Shown: positions 27,351-37,461, numbered from the stretch's first letter. The stretch: 55,631 nucleotides of DNA from a virus (IMGVR_UViG_3300030099_001934:1-55631), one strand, 5' to 3'. Notes: generated from the letters alone by a model not told the origin. Translations and numbers: made by a program.

Positions 27351-28579
27351 AGACCCTCCCTGTATTTACCTATGGTGTCCATATCAATTCCCCAATTATC
27401 TAATAACTCACGAGATTTTCTTTCATCATCTTTCCAATTCTCATATCTAACTAAACGCTTTAATTCCTGTTTGCGAGTTTTGTCTTTTTCATCAAGGTAA
27501 GCCAAGACAGCCTTTGCTTGAACAGACTTCATTTTCAGGTGGGGAGACACCCCACCAAGTAACTTTCGCAAATCAGCCTTAGAATAGAATTGTAAACGAT
27601 GCTGACTTCTTTGTGTATCTTTGTATACCTTGTTGTCAATAGACAAAACTCCACAATCTAATGTTTTGAATAAATCTTCACAGTGGACTTTACCTCTGTC
27701 ACCTGTGGCTATCATTCCAGCACGAGGCTCACCACGCTCAGTTATGGTGATATAACCGTCAGCATCAATAAAACCAGCACTGTAAGACCACACATCTTTT
27801 AGCACTAATCCATCACTTGAAACACGAACATAAGTGCCTCTCACTGCTCCTTTCACAATATCCATATCTTCTCCATACATGTTCATGAGAGTAGCAAGTT
27901 TTCTATCTGTTTGAGATTTTTTAAGCATTCCAGCATCAGAAAAATTACTACGAATCGTGGTTACTTTCATCGGCCCTTTTTTCAGTAATTCTTCAGCAGC
28001 GAACTCCAAGAAGTCTTTTTCAGCCTTGTTGAGTTTATCAATTGGATGTAAAGCATTAGACCACATTTTACGAGCAGCACTACGGTCATTCATAGCCATA
28101 GCCCACGCTTGTTGCTCTTCTTCTCCCCAAACATCTTCATGCTCATCAAGCATTTTCAAAGTCTGTTCAGCCTTATCCCACATCATACATGCTCTTTCAA
28201 GACTAACACAACGAGACTCTCCGAACTTTCTCAAACTCTTGAGTTTACGGTCATCAAGCCCAAGTTGTTTTATTGTATTTTCATAGGGTTCACCCCAAGA
28301 TAACATCTTGATTGTCATATCTGTTTCAAGGGATTTAATCGCTCTAACATCTTTTATGAAACTATCAATCTCATCACGATTGTCTTTATTGTTCCTTCGT
28401 GCCTTTCTTAGACGCTTTACCAGCGTCTCAGCATTACAACCAAGAGAAGACTCAAACCAACCATCACCATTAGGTGCAAAGTGATGTTGCTTTTTAATTG
28501 GTTTATCTTTTCCATCGGAAATAGGGGTAAAGGAATGCACTTCACCAAAGTCGTCTTCAATCAATGCTGACCCCCACAT
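27347..28579 (-). CDS. LAGLIDADG-domain protein with long N-terminal extension
   Basis: Single motif YSAGFIDADGYITI followed by LLGGVSPHLKMKSVQAKAVL; about 260-aa helical N-terminus. Confidence 0.8.
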   Translation of the reverse strand: MWGSALIEDDFGEVHSFTPISDGKDKPIKKQHHFAPNGDGWFESSLGCNAETLVKRLRKARRNNKDNRDEIDSFIKDVRAIKSLETDMTIKMLSWGEPYENTIKQLGLDDRKLKSLRKFGESRCVSLERACMMWDKAEQTLKMLDEHEDVWGEEEQQAWAMAMNDRSAARKMWSNALHPIDKLNKAEKDFLEFAAEELLKKGPMKVTTIRSNFSDAGMLKKSQTDRKLATLMNMYGEDMDIVKGAVRGTYVRVSSDGLVLKDVWSYSAGFIDADGYITITERGEPRAGMIATGDRGKVHCEDLFKTLDCGVLSIDNKVYKDTQRSQHRLQFYSKADLRKLLGGVSPHLKMKSVQAKAVLAYLDEKDKTRKQELKRLVRYENWKDDERKSRELLDNWGIDMDTIGKYREGL

Positions 28580-28603
28580 AGTTTGACCTCCCTATTGACC
28601 TAT

Positions 28604-29518
28604 TTACCATTTGCTACCTACAGGAGTTTTACTAAAGATTTCCTCCAGTTTATTTCTAACTCTCAAACGAATAGGAGTATAAGGAACAGTTTGCTCAGTA
28701 GCATATAGATTGGCGATAGAATCTAATTCCCAAATATCAAGCCCAGTCTCGTAATTATTTTTATGCAAATATCTCACCATATCATTGGTTGAAAGATTAC
28801 TACCGCTACCGGGAACAAAAGGACAACCACCCAATCCACCAATACTGGCATCAAACTGAGTGATACCCCAGTCTAATGCGGATTGTATGTTTGGGAACAT
28901 GTTGTCTTTTTTGTTTTTCATGTGGTGTAGATGAAGCGCTATGTCAGAGTCAATATGTCTTGATAACTCAAGAGTTCTGTATATTGAAGATGGATGAGCA
29001 GTTCCTATCGTGTCGCATAATACTACAGTGTCAGCCATGTGTTGTGCTGCTTGCATAGCCTCTAACAATTTCTTCTCATTAGTTTTTTCATTAGGTGCTC
29101 CAAAAGCACAAGAGATGTAAGCCCTAACATTTTTTGGGTCTGTATCTTTTAGCATAGAATCTAATTCAGCAACTATATCATACATGTTCTTACCTAAATT
29201 GGCTTGGTTAAACATCTCCGATGCTGAAAAGAATACATTGAGTTTCTCAGCACCTACAGCCTTTGCTCTATCAAATCCTCTTTGATTAGGAACTAAAACA
29301 CCAAAACTACCAATGTCTTTTGTTGCAGTAAATACTTCTTCAGCGTCAGCCATGTTAGGAACAAGTTTAGGGTGGACAAATGATGTAATCTCAATATCTT
29401 GTAGTCCAGCGTGATACAGTCTATTGATTAAATCAATCTTATCAGTCGTAGGTGTTTCCTCTTGGATATTTTGTAATCCATCACGAGGCCCGACTTCATA
29501 GATTGAAACATCTACCAT
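28604..29518 (-). CDS. hmgL: Hydroxymethylglutaryl-CoA lyase (DRE-TIM metallolyase)
   Basis: IYEVGPRDGLQN, SFVHPKLVPNMAD, LCDTIG, LHLH and GLGGCPF motifs. ATG at 29518 in a TGATG overlap. Confidence 0.9.
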   Translation of the reverse strand: MVDVSIYEVGPRDGLQNIQEETPTTDKIDLINRLYHAGLQDIEITSFVHPKLVPNMADAEEVFTATKDIGSFGVLVPNQRGFDRAKAVGAEKLNVFFSASEMFNQANLGKNMYDIVAELDSMLKDTDPKNVRAYISCAFGAPNEKTNEKKLLEAMQAAQHMADTVVLCDTIGTAHPSSIYRTLELSRHIDSDIALHLHHMKNKKDNMFPNIQSALDWGITQFDASIGGLGGCPFVPGSGSNLSTNDMVRYLHKNNYETGLDIWELDSIANLYATEQTVPYTPIRLRVRNKLEEIFSKTPVGSKW

Positions 29519-29643
29519 CAATATTCACCTTTTTTCTTTGTATCGGGGTCAGCAACACGAGTAGGGTCTTTATCTCCTTTCTTACCTATTGATATAACCA
29601 AAACCATTCCGTGTTTTTTTCCGCCTAATTTACTTTCTTTCAT
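29518..29643 (-). CDS. Small basic protein, 41 aa (not in ORF track)
   Basis: SD GGAGG; MKESKLGGKKHGMVLVISIGKKGDKDPTRVADPDTKKKGEY; its stop overlaps the lyase ATG. Confidence 0.6.
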   Translation of the reverse strand: MKESKLGGKKHGMVLVISIGKKGDKDPTRVADPDTKKKGEY

Positions 29644-29647
29644 GGTA

Positions 29648-29809
29648 TCAAAACCTCCTTTGTGGTGAGCCACAATAAGGGCATCCTCCACTGTTAGCGG
29701 GAATATCAGCGTTACAAAAACTGTTCATACATTTTTTAGTCCCTTCAGGGTATGGGTTATACACCATTAATTTTTCAATTTTTGATTTTTTAACTCCAAC
29801 TTTTGTCAT
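29648..29809 (-). CDS. Small zinc-ribbon protein, 53 aa (not in ORF track)
   Basis: ATGA overlap with the terminase stop; MTKVGVKKSKIEKLMVYNPYPEGTKKCMNSFCNADIPANSGGCPYCGSPQRRF. Confidence 0.65.
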   Translation of the reverse strand: MTKVGVKKSKIEKLMVYNPYPEGTKKCMNSFCNADIPANSGGCPYCGSPQRRF

Positions 29810-31290
29810 GGTATCATCCACCCTCCATTTCCTTTGCCTGTTATGATATTGTCAAGTCCGGGGAGAATGTCGTCAAGCATGACGATAGAACCTCTGAACT
29901 CTTTTGTAGCCCAGTTAGCCAAAGCGAGAGACATAGCCAAGTCATCATGCACACCCACGCTCTCCAGTCTCCCGTTCTTTTGCATACCAAATCTATTCAA
30001 CTCTTCTTCTAACTTGTGAGTAAATATTCTACTCTTTTCATCTCCGTAAGGTGTCTTAATCTGTCCTTGTTCAAAGGCCATGAGTAAAGACATGAAGAGA
30101 CTTTCCTTTCTTGTCCGAGTTGTCATGAATGTTCTGATAGGAATGTCCTCTCTCATTTCATTCAACTCCATAGCAAACATACGCTGGAAATTGTTACCTT
30201 CAAGTTCTATTAAGTCAGGTTGAAATCTTTGATTCAAGAGAATGATTTGCCGTTTCTGTGCAACAGAACTCAGTCCACGCTCATGCACTATACCAACGAT
30301 TTGTTTTACATTATCATCAGGTGGTTGTCGTAGAACAGTCATAGCAGTAAAGTCAGCATTCTTATCGGATGCAATCGCAGTGTCCCACCCGATGAAGTGA
30401 TGACCAAATATACCTGTAGCATCACCGTTAGCATCGTATTCATTTTCAGCATGGTCAAGAAGAACCAACTCAGGGTCACGAGCCTTCTCAAGAATAGACA
30501 TTGGGAACATACTGGCAACATCATGGATTGGTTCGCAAAGATATTCACGAGTAAATTGAATCGCTGGCATAGATAATCGTCTTTGTGCCAGCGCATCAAG
30601 ACTCCAACGCTCAGGCCAAAGCGGTTCACCTTCTTTGTTGATAGCGGGATAAGTCTCTACTCGGAATGTCTCTTTCTTCTCAAGTTCAGCATACAAGTCA
30701 TTGTAACTAAACGGAGTTCCTACCATCATCATTTTACCTGTGTGGTGGAGAACTGGTAGAAGAACACCATAGAACCAGTCGGCTGCTCGCTGCAACTCAC
30801 TACCTGTTGTTCCCCACAAAATGTCATCGCATACAACAACATCAGGGTGGAAACCTCTTGTTCCTCCACCAACCGACTTAGCCATAATACGACTACCATT
30901 AGTGAACTCAAAGTAGGTCTTTCGCCACGGTATACCACCGGGCTTGAGATGTTGTAGACAAGCAGCACCGTCTATATTGTTACGAATAAAACGCATGTGC
31001 TCCAGTGTCTGTTCAAGAGAATGTGAAAAAATCATGATGTGTTTGTTAGGATTGAATGCTGCTAACCAAAGAGCATACGACATAAAGAATACAGACTTGC
31101 CGTGGTCACGACTTGCTTTGACACAGTAGTATCTGTTTTCTCCAAGACCTTTATCCCAACATTTGTGATGCTCCGCATAATCAAATCCTAAAACAGTTTC
31201 AAAAAAATATTTGAAAGAGCGCTTAGACATCTTCATGTCCATATCAATAATGAGTTGCTTCATCTGTTCTTCTTGCTCACGCTTACTCAT
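29806..31290 (-). CDS. terL: Terminase large subunit
   Basis: Walker A ASRDHGKS, Walker B VVVCDD, coupling motif VGTP, RNase H-like IGWDTA and HDDLAMSLALA. Confidence 0.95.
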   Translation of the reverse strand: MSKREQEEQMKQLIIDMDMKMSKRSFKYFFETVLGFDYAEHHKCWDKGLGENRYYCVKASRDHGKSVFFMSYALWLAAFNPNKHIMIFSHSLEQTLEHMRFIRNNIDGAACLQHLKPGGIPWRKTYFEFTNGSRIMAKSVGGGTRGFHPDVVVCDDILWGTTGSELQRAADWFYGVLLPVLHHTGKMMMVGTPFSYNDLYAELEKKETFRVETYPAINKEGEPLWPERWSLDALAQRRLSMPAIQFTREYLCEPIHDVASMFPMSILEKARDPELVLLDHAENEYDANGDATGIFGHHFIGWDTAIASDKNADFTAMTVLRQPPDDNVKQIVGIVHERGLSSVAQKRQIILLNQRFQPDLIELEGNNFQRMFAMELNEMREDIPIRTFMTTRTRKESLFMSLLMAFEQGQIKTPYGDEKSRIFTHKLEEELNRFGMQKNGRLESVGVHDDLAMSLALANWATKEFRGSIVMLDDILPGLDNIITGKGNGGWMIP

Positions 31291-32486
31291 CAGACCACCC
31301 CGATGAATCGCATAGGATTTAAAGATGCTAATTTTGTCATTTTTTGTTCTTCACCACTCATCTTTTTAGCAGCGGGATTTTCAGGGTCACTACCCTCCGG
31401 TGTTTGAGTAGCATTTTTGATTTCATTTGCTGTATTCTCTACCCCAACCAACTTTGATTGTCCAGTTGTTGCATTAGCAATTTCATTAGCAGTTTGGTCT
31501 ACTGTTTGTTCCGGTTGAGTATTGGTAGTTGCTGGAGCAACTTTGATATTTCTTGCTTGTTGGGCGGCTGCTTCTTCTCGTGGGTTTACTCCAATATCAA
31601 GACCGGGTGGCCCTCCATCTATAGCAACCATTCCATCTTTTCTCTCTATCTGTATAGGCATTCCCATTTCGTCTACTTCTGCTGCTACAGTATTAGCGCT
31701 CGTGTCACGACCCATTTGTTGATTTAATCTATGCTCAGCGCCTCTTTGCGCTATTTCCCTTTCGTAACGATTACCGCTACCATATCTGACAGGCTGACCA
31801 TGTTTACCAGTAGTCATTACCGGAACTTTACCTCTCATGCTTATTATTTCCTTTTCAGAATGGGTAGGAGTAGGGTCAGCAACTTGAGGAGTAGGCTCAG
31901 CAACTTCAGGTTTTACAACACCAACACTTCTACCAGCCATTCGTGCCGCTGTTCCTCCAAGTGCTTCTGATAATGGCTTCTTACCTTGTTGGTAGGTCAC
32001 ACTACCCATTTGAGCAGCACCTAACCCACCAGTGAGAGCATCTTGACCCGAAGCACCAGCGTTTGCGAGGCTTACAGCCCCTGCTAACAGACCGAGGCCA
32101 CCAGCAAGCCCCCTCCCAAAATCAGCACCAAATTGACCATACCTTGCACCACGGTCAAATGCTGTTTGACCAGCACCAAGCGCACGAGTTTCTCCCTCTC
32201 TCAGTTTTTTTCTGTTCATTTGATTAAGAGCCATAGCGCCGTATTTATCACCCTCGTAGACTCCGATTTCGTTGCCTTTGTTATCCATTTGAGGTGTCGC
32301 TTCAAATTGTTGAGTCATAGGGTTTGTTTGAAGACCAGCAAAACCTTGCGGATTAACACCCGGAACTAATTGAGGGCCGCTATTCTCCATACCCGGTTGA
32401 TACATAATTTGCATACCCGGCACACCCGATGGAACTGCTACTGCTGGTGCAACAGCCTCTTTACGGATAACATAGACTTGACCCAT
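31290..32486 (-). CDS. Gly/Ala/Gln-rich putative internal virion (ejection) protein
   Basis: 398 aa with a glycine-zipper-like hydrophobic stretch GLAGGLGLLAGAVSLANAGASG. Function is inferred. Confidence 0.5.
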   Translation of the reverse strand: MGQVYVIRKEAVAPAVAVPSGVPGMQIMYQPGMENSGPQLVPGVNPQGFAGLQTNPMTQQFEATPQMDNKGNEIGVYEGDKYGAMALNQMNRKKLREGETRALGAGQTAFDRGARYGQFGADFGRGLAGGLGLLAGAVSLANAGASGQDALTGGLGAAQMGSVTYQQGKKPLSEALGGTAARMAGRSVGVVKPEVAEPTPQVADPTPTHSEKEIISMRGKVPVMTTGKHGQPVRYGSGNRYEREIAQRGAEHRLNQQMGRDTSANTVAAEVDEMGMPIQIERKDGMVAIDGGPPGLDIGVNPREEAAAQQARNIKVAPATTNTQPEQTVDQTANEIANATTGQSKLVGVENTANEIKNATQTPEGSDPENPAAKKMSGEEQKMTKLASLNPMRFIGVV

Positions 32487-34804
32487 TAGACACCACCTAC
32501 GCTTACTTTGACGACCTTGACAACATCTGTAGATACATTGAGTTTCTTAGCGATGCGTTCCCAGTCTCCATGTGAATATGCAATTGAACGAACATCTACT
32601 GGAGTGAGGTCAATACTCTTTGCGAGATGATTGATACCGTGAAGGTCAGCAATATTGATTTGACGAGGAGGTGCATGTTTCATAATTTTTGAATCCATAC
32701 GAGCATCATCCATTTGCATTTGCTCCATCGCTTTCATGACTCTATCCATTGGGGACAAGTCTTGGTCTTGTCCCTTCATATATTGAGTAAGGAGTTGTTG
32801 TCGTGGGTCACCCATCATCTGTTGATACCTTTGCTCTTGAGGAGAGAGTTCCATACCCTGCCCTTGAGGAACTCTTGCGCCAGCAGCCTCCATAATTTGT
32901 CGCAAAGTAACAGGGTCAGCACGACCAACATGTTGTCTTGCTGCTACTAACTCAGGGCTTTGTGGTCTGAAAGTGGGTGCTCCCCTTTGAGGAATTGGCG
33001 GAGGTAACGCCTCAGTTGCTGGGGGAGCAGCAGCAACTGTTTGTTGTGGTTGTGGAGGAGGTCTTGGTGTAGCGGAGGTAACTGGTGGTTTAGTAGCAGC
33101 AGCAACCCCAGCCCTTTCAACTGGCGCTAATCCTACATCGGTAAAGAATGGGATATGGTCAGGTAGTCTCTCAATAATTTGCTCAGGGTAACCTACAACA
33201 TTACGAGATGCTAATGAAGTAGAGGGTATTTCGTCAGGTAACTGACGGCGGGTTTGATGATTAAACGCTTCACTGAGTAAATCAGCCAAAGCCTGAGTGC
33301 CTTGTCTTCGCTGTTCTACTGTATCGTAACTTTGTAGATTTAGCCCAAGTCCTTGAATCACACCAGCGTCAATATTACCATCAGCGTCTCTCGGCATGTA
33401 TGCTCGTAGAGCACTATCGTGTTCATCGTGAGCGCCACTCAACATAGCCTTAGCATAGAACTTGGCTGCATTTTTGTGAGTTCCTAACTTTTGAGTTGGT
33501 CTAAGTCCGTCTTCAGTTTCTAAGTGGTCGCCTCCAATAGTATGACTGTTCATGTTTTCAAAAGTCATGCCGTCATCATCACCACCAAACGCTTGAAGGA
33601 TATGCTCAAACGCTCTTTTTCCAACACCGGGTCTTGCCGCTGTGCCGCTGATAATACGACCAAATAACATGTTGAATGCGGGGGTTCGTGATAACTCACC
33701 AATCATGTTATCAGTCATTTGAGGACTACGAAGAACTGTTCTGAGGTTCATCATGGTATACTGAGGACTACCAGTTGTGCCGGGTGTTGTGTTAATTGGA
33801 ACTTCAACATCGGGTATCTTGTCAGGGTCAATAACTTTCATCGCTTCAGCGATATGAGCCTTAGCGCTGTCAATAGAGTTCTTTGGGCCAGTTTGTTGCC
33901 GACCAGCCATCATGTGCATAAAGTCAGGAGTGTGATTCATAATCTCCCAAGACTGGATTCCGGTATGTGCTGCATCGTGAACTATACCTTTTGGAGCACC
34001 ACGAATATGACTGTCAGGTAGAGTATACTCTCCTCGTGCATTCATACCGATGACATCTCCACCTCTACCTCTGATACGGCGACCACGAGGGTGAAGGTCA
34101 GCGATGTCTATGTGTGGATTGTCAAGGAACTCAGCACCTACCATATCACTAATACCAAGAGTTTCAAGTAGAATCTTCTGTAGATTATGATTGTAAGGAA
34201 CAGCATAAGATTCAATCATAGCACCGATTTTCTCTTTACGGTTAGGTCGGTTTGTGTATGCTGTAATGTATTCTCCATCTTGAGAACGGTGAGCACGAGA
34301 AGCAGGTTTACGACCACCGTAACCTGCAACACGAATCTTACGATGCTCCATTGAATCTACATTAGGAATATGGTGAAACCCACTCTTGTCCTGATGTTCG
34401 TCATTTGTCATATTAATGGCTTGCTGAACAATATTTTGTGGTGTAAGAACTCCTAACTGTGCATGGCTTTGTCCAAGCATTCCGTTTCTCTCAAGCGCTT
34501 CACCAACTGCATGAAGAACTCCGTCAATTCCATGATGATGTGCCTCTCCATTGTGGTCAATGTAGACATGTTCTCCGTGTTTACCTTTTGAGAACTCACC
34601 GGGAATTAACTCTCCCATACCGGGGTGACCCGAAGGGTGAGGTTTTGCAGCACCATAGTGTGCATATACTGGGACATCAGGAACATTAGGGTCAGGATGG
34701 AATGCTTCAGGTGGAGGAGATGTCATCAAATGCGGTATTCCACCGTGGTAGGAATAAACACCGTCACCCTTGAGGATGATTGATTTACGAACTAAGATTT
34801 TCAA
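32486..34804 (-). CDS. Large hypothetical protein, possibly internal virion protein, with HTH-like C-terminus
   Basis: 772 aa; His/Pro-rich N-terminus, Pro-rich linker, C-terminal DWERIAKKLNVSTDVVK. Confidence 0.55.
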   Translation of the reverse strand: MKILVRKSIILKGDGVYSYHGGIPHLMTSPPPEAFHPDPNVPDVPVYAHYGAAKPHPSGHPGMGELIPGEFSKGKHGEHVYIDHNGEAHHHGIDGVLHAVGEALERNGMLGQSHAQLGVLTPQNIVQQAINMTNDEHQDKSGFHHIPNVDSMEHRKIRVAGYGGRKPASRAHRSQDGEYITAYTNRPNRKEKIGAMIESYAVPYNHNLQKILLETLGISDMVGAEFLDNPHIDIADLHPRGRRIRGRGGDVIGMNARGEYTLPDSHIRGAPKGIVHDAAHTGIQSWEIMNHTPDFMHMMAGRQQTGPKNSIDSAKAHIAEAMKVIDPDKIPDVEVPINTTPGTTGSPQYTMMNLRTVLRSPQMTDNMIGELSRTPAFNMLFGRIISGTAARPGVGKRAFEHILQAFGGDDDGMTFENMNSHTIGGDHLETEDGLRPTQKLGTHKNAAKFYAKAMLSGAHDEHDSALRAYMPRDADGNIDAGVIQGLGLNLQSYDTVEQRRQGTQALADLLSEAFNHQTRRQLPDEIPSTSLASRNVVGYPEQIIERLPDHIPFFTDVGLAPVERAGVAAATKPPVTSATPRPPPQPQQTVAAAPPATEALPPPIPQRGAPTFRPQSPELVAARQHVGRADPVTLRQIMEAAGARVPQGQGMELSPQEQRYQQMMGDPRQQLLTQYMKGQDQDLSPMDRVMKAMEQMQMDDARMDSKIMKHAPPRQINIADLHGINHLAKSIDLTPVDVRSIAYSHGDWERIAKKLNVSTDVVKVVKVSVGGV

Positions 34805-36048
34805 ACCCGACCACTCCCTCGGCCAGCCAAGTCACCGGGGGATAATCCCCAAAGGCGAGAGTCGTTTTCATCTTCAGTGCCACCTTCGGGGCGAGTTGCT
34901 GTTTTAGGATTATTTGCTTCGTAATTTGGTAGGTTACTCGCTGCCCCAGCCGTATCGGGATTCCCCTTTCCCTTTGTTTTCTTATCTTTATCTTTCTTTT
35001 CACGCATCAATTCACGAATCTCTTTGAGAGCAATTCGCATCAATGCTGCTTGATATGCATTCGCTTTGAGAATATCACTGTGCTGAGGAGTGTCCTCACT
35101 CATTGTTACCATACTCGGCATCTTAGGTCTTGCTAAGCGAGGCATCTTCATCTTAGGTGGTTGAATACTTGGAGCACGAACCGCATGTAGTCTTGGTCTT
35201 GGGACACGAGGATATTGTAGCGTGTTAGTCAAACGACCACCACCTGTGTCACCGGAAATAAAAGAGCGTTGGCTATGTCTCATGTGTGGAGTGATTGTGC
35301 TTCTTACACCACCCTGAAGTTTACGAGCCTCTTGAGATGCAAGATATGCACGATACTGCTGCGGGTCTTTACTCATCGGTTGCTTACTCGCAAGACCTCG
35401 GTGTGAAAACTCAACAGAAAGATGCGGCCTCATTAGCCCCGTTTTTCTACCTAAAGGTAGATTACGACTGATATTTTTTGCTCGCCTTGATGTAGCGTTG
35501 CGAGGGTCACCTCCTCCTTTTGGGCGTTCAAACTGCCCTGTAGATGGTCGCCACTTTGCATATTTTTCTTTCTTTCTTCTTCGTGCTATTGAGCGTTTTG
35601 ATTCTGATTTTAATAATCTCCAAGCGATGTCCATAGGTTCAGACATCTGAATCATCTCTCCACCCGCAGCACCCGGCCCTTTCGCACCCATAGCAAGACT
35701 TGTGAGGAATCCACCAGCGCCACCCGGCATGGTTTGAGTGGCTGGATTATCAGTAGAGCCACGAGGTTTGAACTTCTCTTCTTTTTCGTCTACATCTTCT
35801 GTAGGTTTTTCACCGTCAAGACCAAGATGATGCGAGCGAACTTTGATGTGACGGATTTTCTTATCCTCTTTTTCCTCGGCTTCTTTTTTGGCCTGACGCT
35901 TATCTTGACGCTTTTCTTTATCTCGGCCATCTTCTATACCGCTTGGTGGCCTTTCATCTTCATGATTAGCCCTGAACATTTCAGAAGACTCGGAACGAGG
36001 ATTGTATATCCTTGTATCAGAGGTTCGCCCCATCATGCCCTCCGTCAT
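34801..36048 (-). CDS. Basic low-complexity protein carrying the EPMDIAWRLLK tag
   Basis: 415 aa, R/K-rich. Internal IQMSEPMDIAWRLLKS matches the linkers of the 938-aa protein. Confidence 0.6.
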   Translation of the reverse strand: MTEGMMGRTSDTRIYNPRSESSEMFRANHEDERPPSGIEDGRDKEKRQDKRQAKKEAEEKEDKKIRHIKVRSHHLGLDGEKPTEDVDEKEEKFKPRGSTDNPATQTMPGGAGGFLTSLAMGAKGPGAAGGEMIQMSEPMDIAWRLLKSESKRSIARRRKKEKYAKWRPSTGQFERPKGGGDPRNATSRRAKNISRNLPLGRKTGLMRPHLSVEFSHRGLASKQPMSKDPQQYRAYLASQEARKLQGGVRSTITPHMRHSQRSFISGDTGGGRLTNTLQYPRVPRPRLHAVRAPSIQPPKMKMPRLARPKMPSMVTMSEDTPQHSDILKANAYQAALMRIALKEIRELMREKKDKDKKTKGKGNPDTAGAASNLPNYEANNPKTATRPEGGTEDENDSRLWGLSPGDLAGRGSGRV

Positions 36049-36446
36049 GTGTTATCCCCCCGTATATGATATTGAAAACACTGTCGCAGTTTTTCCGCTA
36101 TTTTTCTATAGAACAGCATAATCCTCGGACTTTCTTGAAATGCCGAAGTCATATTTTCAATGGTGTATTCAAACTCTTCAAGTAAACGAGGTATAAGATG
36201 GTATGCTGGGAAAAATGTTAGCGGGTTATCATCTTCAAACACTGTTTCAAATGACTTTGCCAGTAACTTAAACAAATCAGGGGGAATAATTTTTAATTCT
36301 CCATAGTGCTCAAATCTTTCTGTAACACAACGACAGAAATCAAGATACATTGGTAAATGATTTTCAGAGATAACCAATTCACTTTCTACCATTGAATAAC
36401 CCGGATGAGTCATTTGTAGTAAATCAGGAACTGGGACTGGCATCAA
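36045..36446 (-). CDS. Hypothetical helical protein
   Basis: 133-aa ORF with overlaps on both sides. Confidence 0.6.
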   Translation of the reverse strand: MMPVPVPDLLQMTHPGYSMVESELVISENHLPMYLDFCRCVTERFEHYGELKIIPPDLFKLLAKSFETVFEDDNPLTFFPAYHLIPRLLEEFEYTIENMTSAFQESPRIMLFYRKIAEKLRQCFQYHIRGDNT

Positions 36447-37126
36447 TTTATATCACCTGCATGTTCTATCAATTTATCTCGCATTCTCGCCCATGAATCA
36501 GGGCTTTCTTTACTTAACTCAACCTTTAGAATATTGATTGTGTTATTGATTTGATTATTCTCTGTGGTAGGACTCCACTGCTCATTCATCTTGAGCAAGT
36601 CCTTTATTGATTCTCTGACTTCTTTGTGCAAGGACACTGCATCTCTAACAAACCCGTCTTCGTGAACACTACCCTCATGGAGCAATTCTGACAACTTAAC
36701 ATTGAGGAGTTCAACATTTGACCTGAGCGCATTTATTTCTTCTCCTACAACTAATGTTATCTCAGCGGCTGCGCTTCTTTGAACTAACGGTTGAAAATGA
36801 TGTTTCATGTGATGATACACAGAAGACTCAGCGATACCAATTTCTTCAGCGATAGCCTCTGATTCAGACCCATCTTCAAAATATCTTCTTTCAAAGTCAG
36901 CCCTTTCAGGGTGGGCGCAAACCTTGCACTGCGGATTAGAAGCCATGTGAAATTGACCCATGTGATTACGAAAGTGGCGGTCAGTTGTGTTCAATCTCCA
37001 GCCCATGTCTTGGTCTAATTGTTTAGAAGAGATTTCACCGTCAAGGAGTCCCTTCTCTAAGTCTTCACGACTTGGGTGCTGACACAAAGGACAAGAGCGT
37101 TTTGATACAGGTTTGCCCTCCGCCAT
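36443..37126 (-). CDS. Tandem Zn-finger/HTH protein, probable terminase small subunit
   Basis: Two CxxCxHP...HxxxH units (CPLCQHP...RHFRNH and CKVCAHP...HHMKHH) followed by coiled-coil helices; first gene of the run leading to terL. Confidence 0.55.
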   Translation of the reverse strand: MAEGKPVSKRSCPLCQHPSREDLEKGLLDGEISSKQLDQDMGWRLNTTDRHFRNHMGQFHMASNPQCKVCAHPERADFERRYFEDGSESEAIAEEIGIAESSVYHHMKHHFQPLVQRSAAAEITLVVGEEINALRSNVELLNVKLSELLHEGSVHEDGFVRDAVSLHKEVRESIKDLLKMNEQWSPTTENNQINNTINILKVELSKESPDSWARMRDKLIEHAGDIN

Positions 37127-37185
37127 GACACGCTTAAAGCAGCATTACCCATAATGCTTTTTCTCTTTGACCTTGTGGGCGTTAC

Positions 37186-37461
37186 ATGCTGCCACCCTAT
37201 GAGAGAGTTCCTAAGCAACCTCTCAAAGAGCGTGGTAAAGATTTAATCAAAGCATCAAAAGATGCACTGAAAGGTAATAGGGTATCAAAAGAAGAATACA
37301 TGGCGAGACTTGATGAATGTTATCAGTGTCCTTACATGCAAAAAAGAATGGGAACATGCCGACTGTGTAATTGTGTCATGAAAATTAAAGCGCTTGCGCC
37401 TTCAATTTCATGTCCGATAAAGAAATGGTCAGCGAGTGATTCGGGAGTAAAGAGTGGTTAA
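37186..37461 (+). CDS. Small Cys-rich protein (DUF6171-like)
   Basis: RLDECYQCP...CRLCNCVMKIK...CPIKKW; the only convincing plus-strand gene inside the late block. Confidence 0.75.
   Translation: MLPPYERVPKQPLKERGKDLIKASKDALKGNRVSKEEYMARLDECYQCPYMQKRMGTCRLCNCVMKIKALAPSISCPIKKWSASDSGVKSG

Noticed and set aside
27347-28579. Intein or intron-encoded endonuclease interrupting portal or terminase
   Set aside because: It is a separate ORF with no Cys/Ser start or His-Asn end, and the flanking genes are intact.
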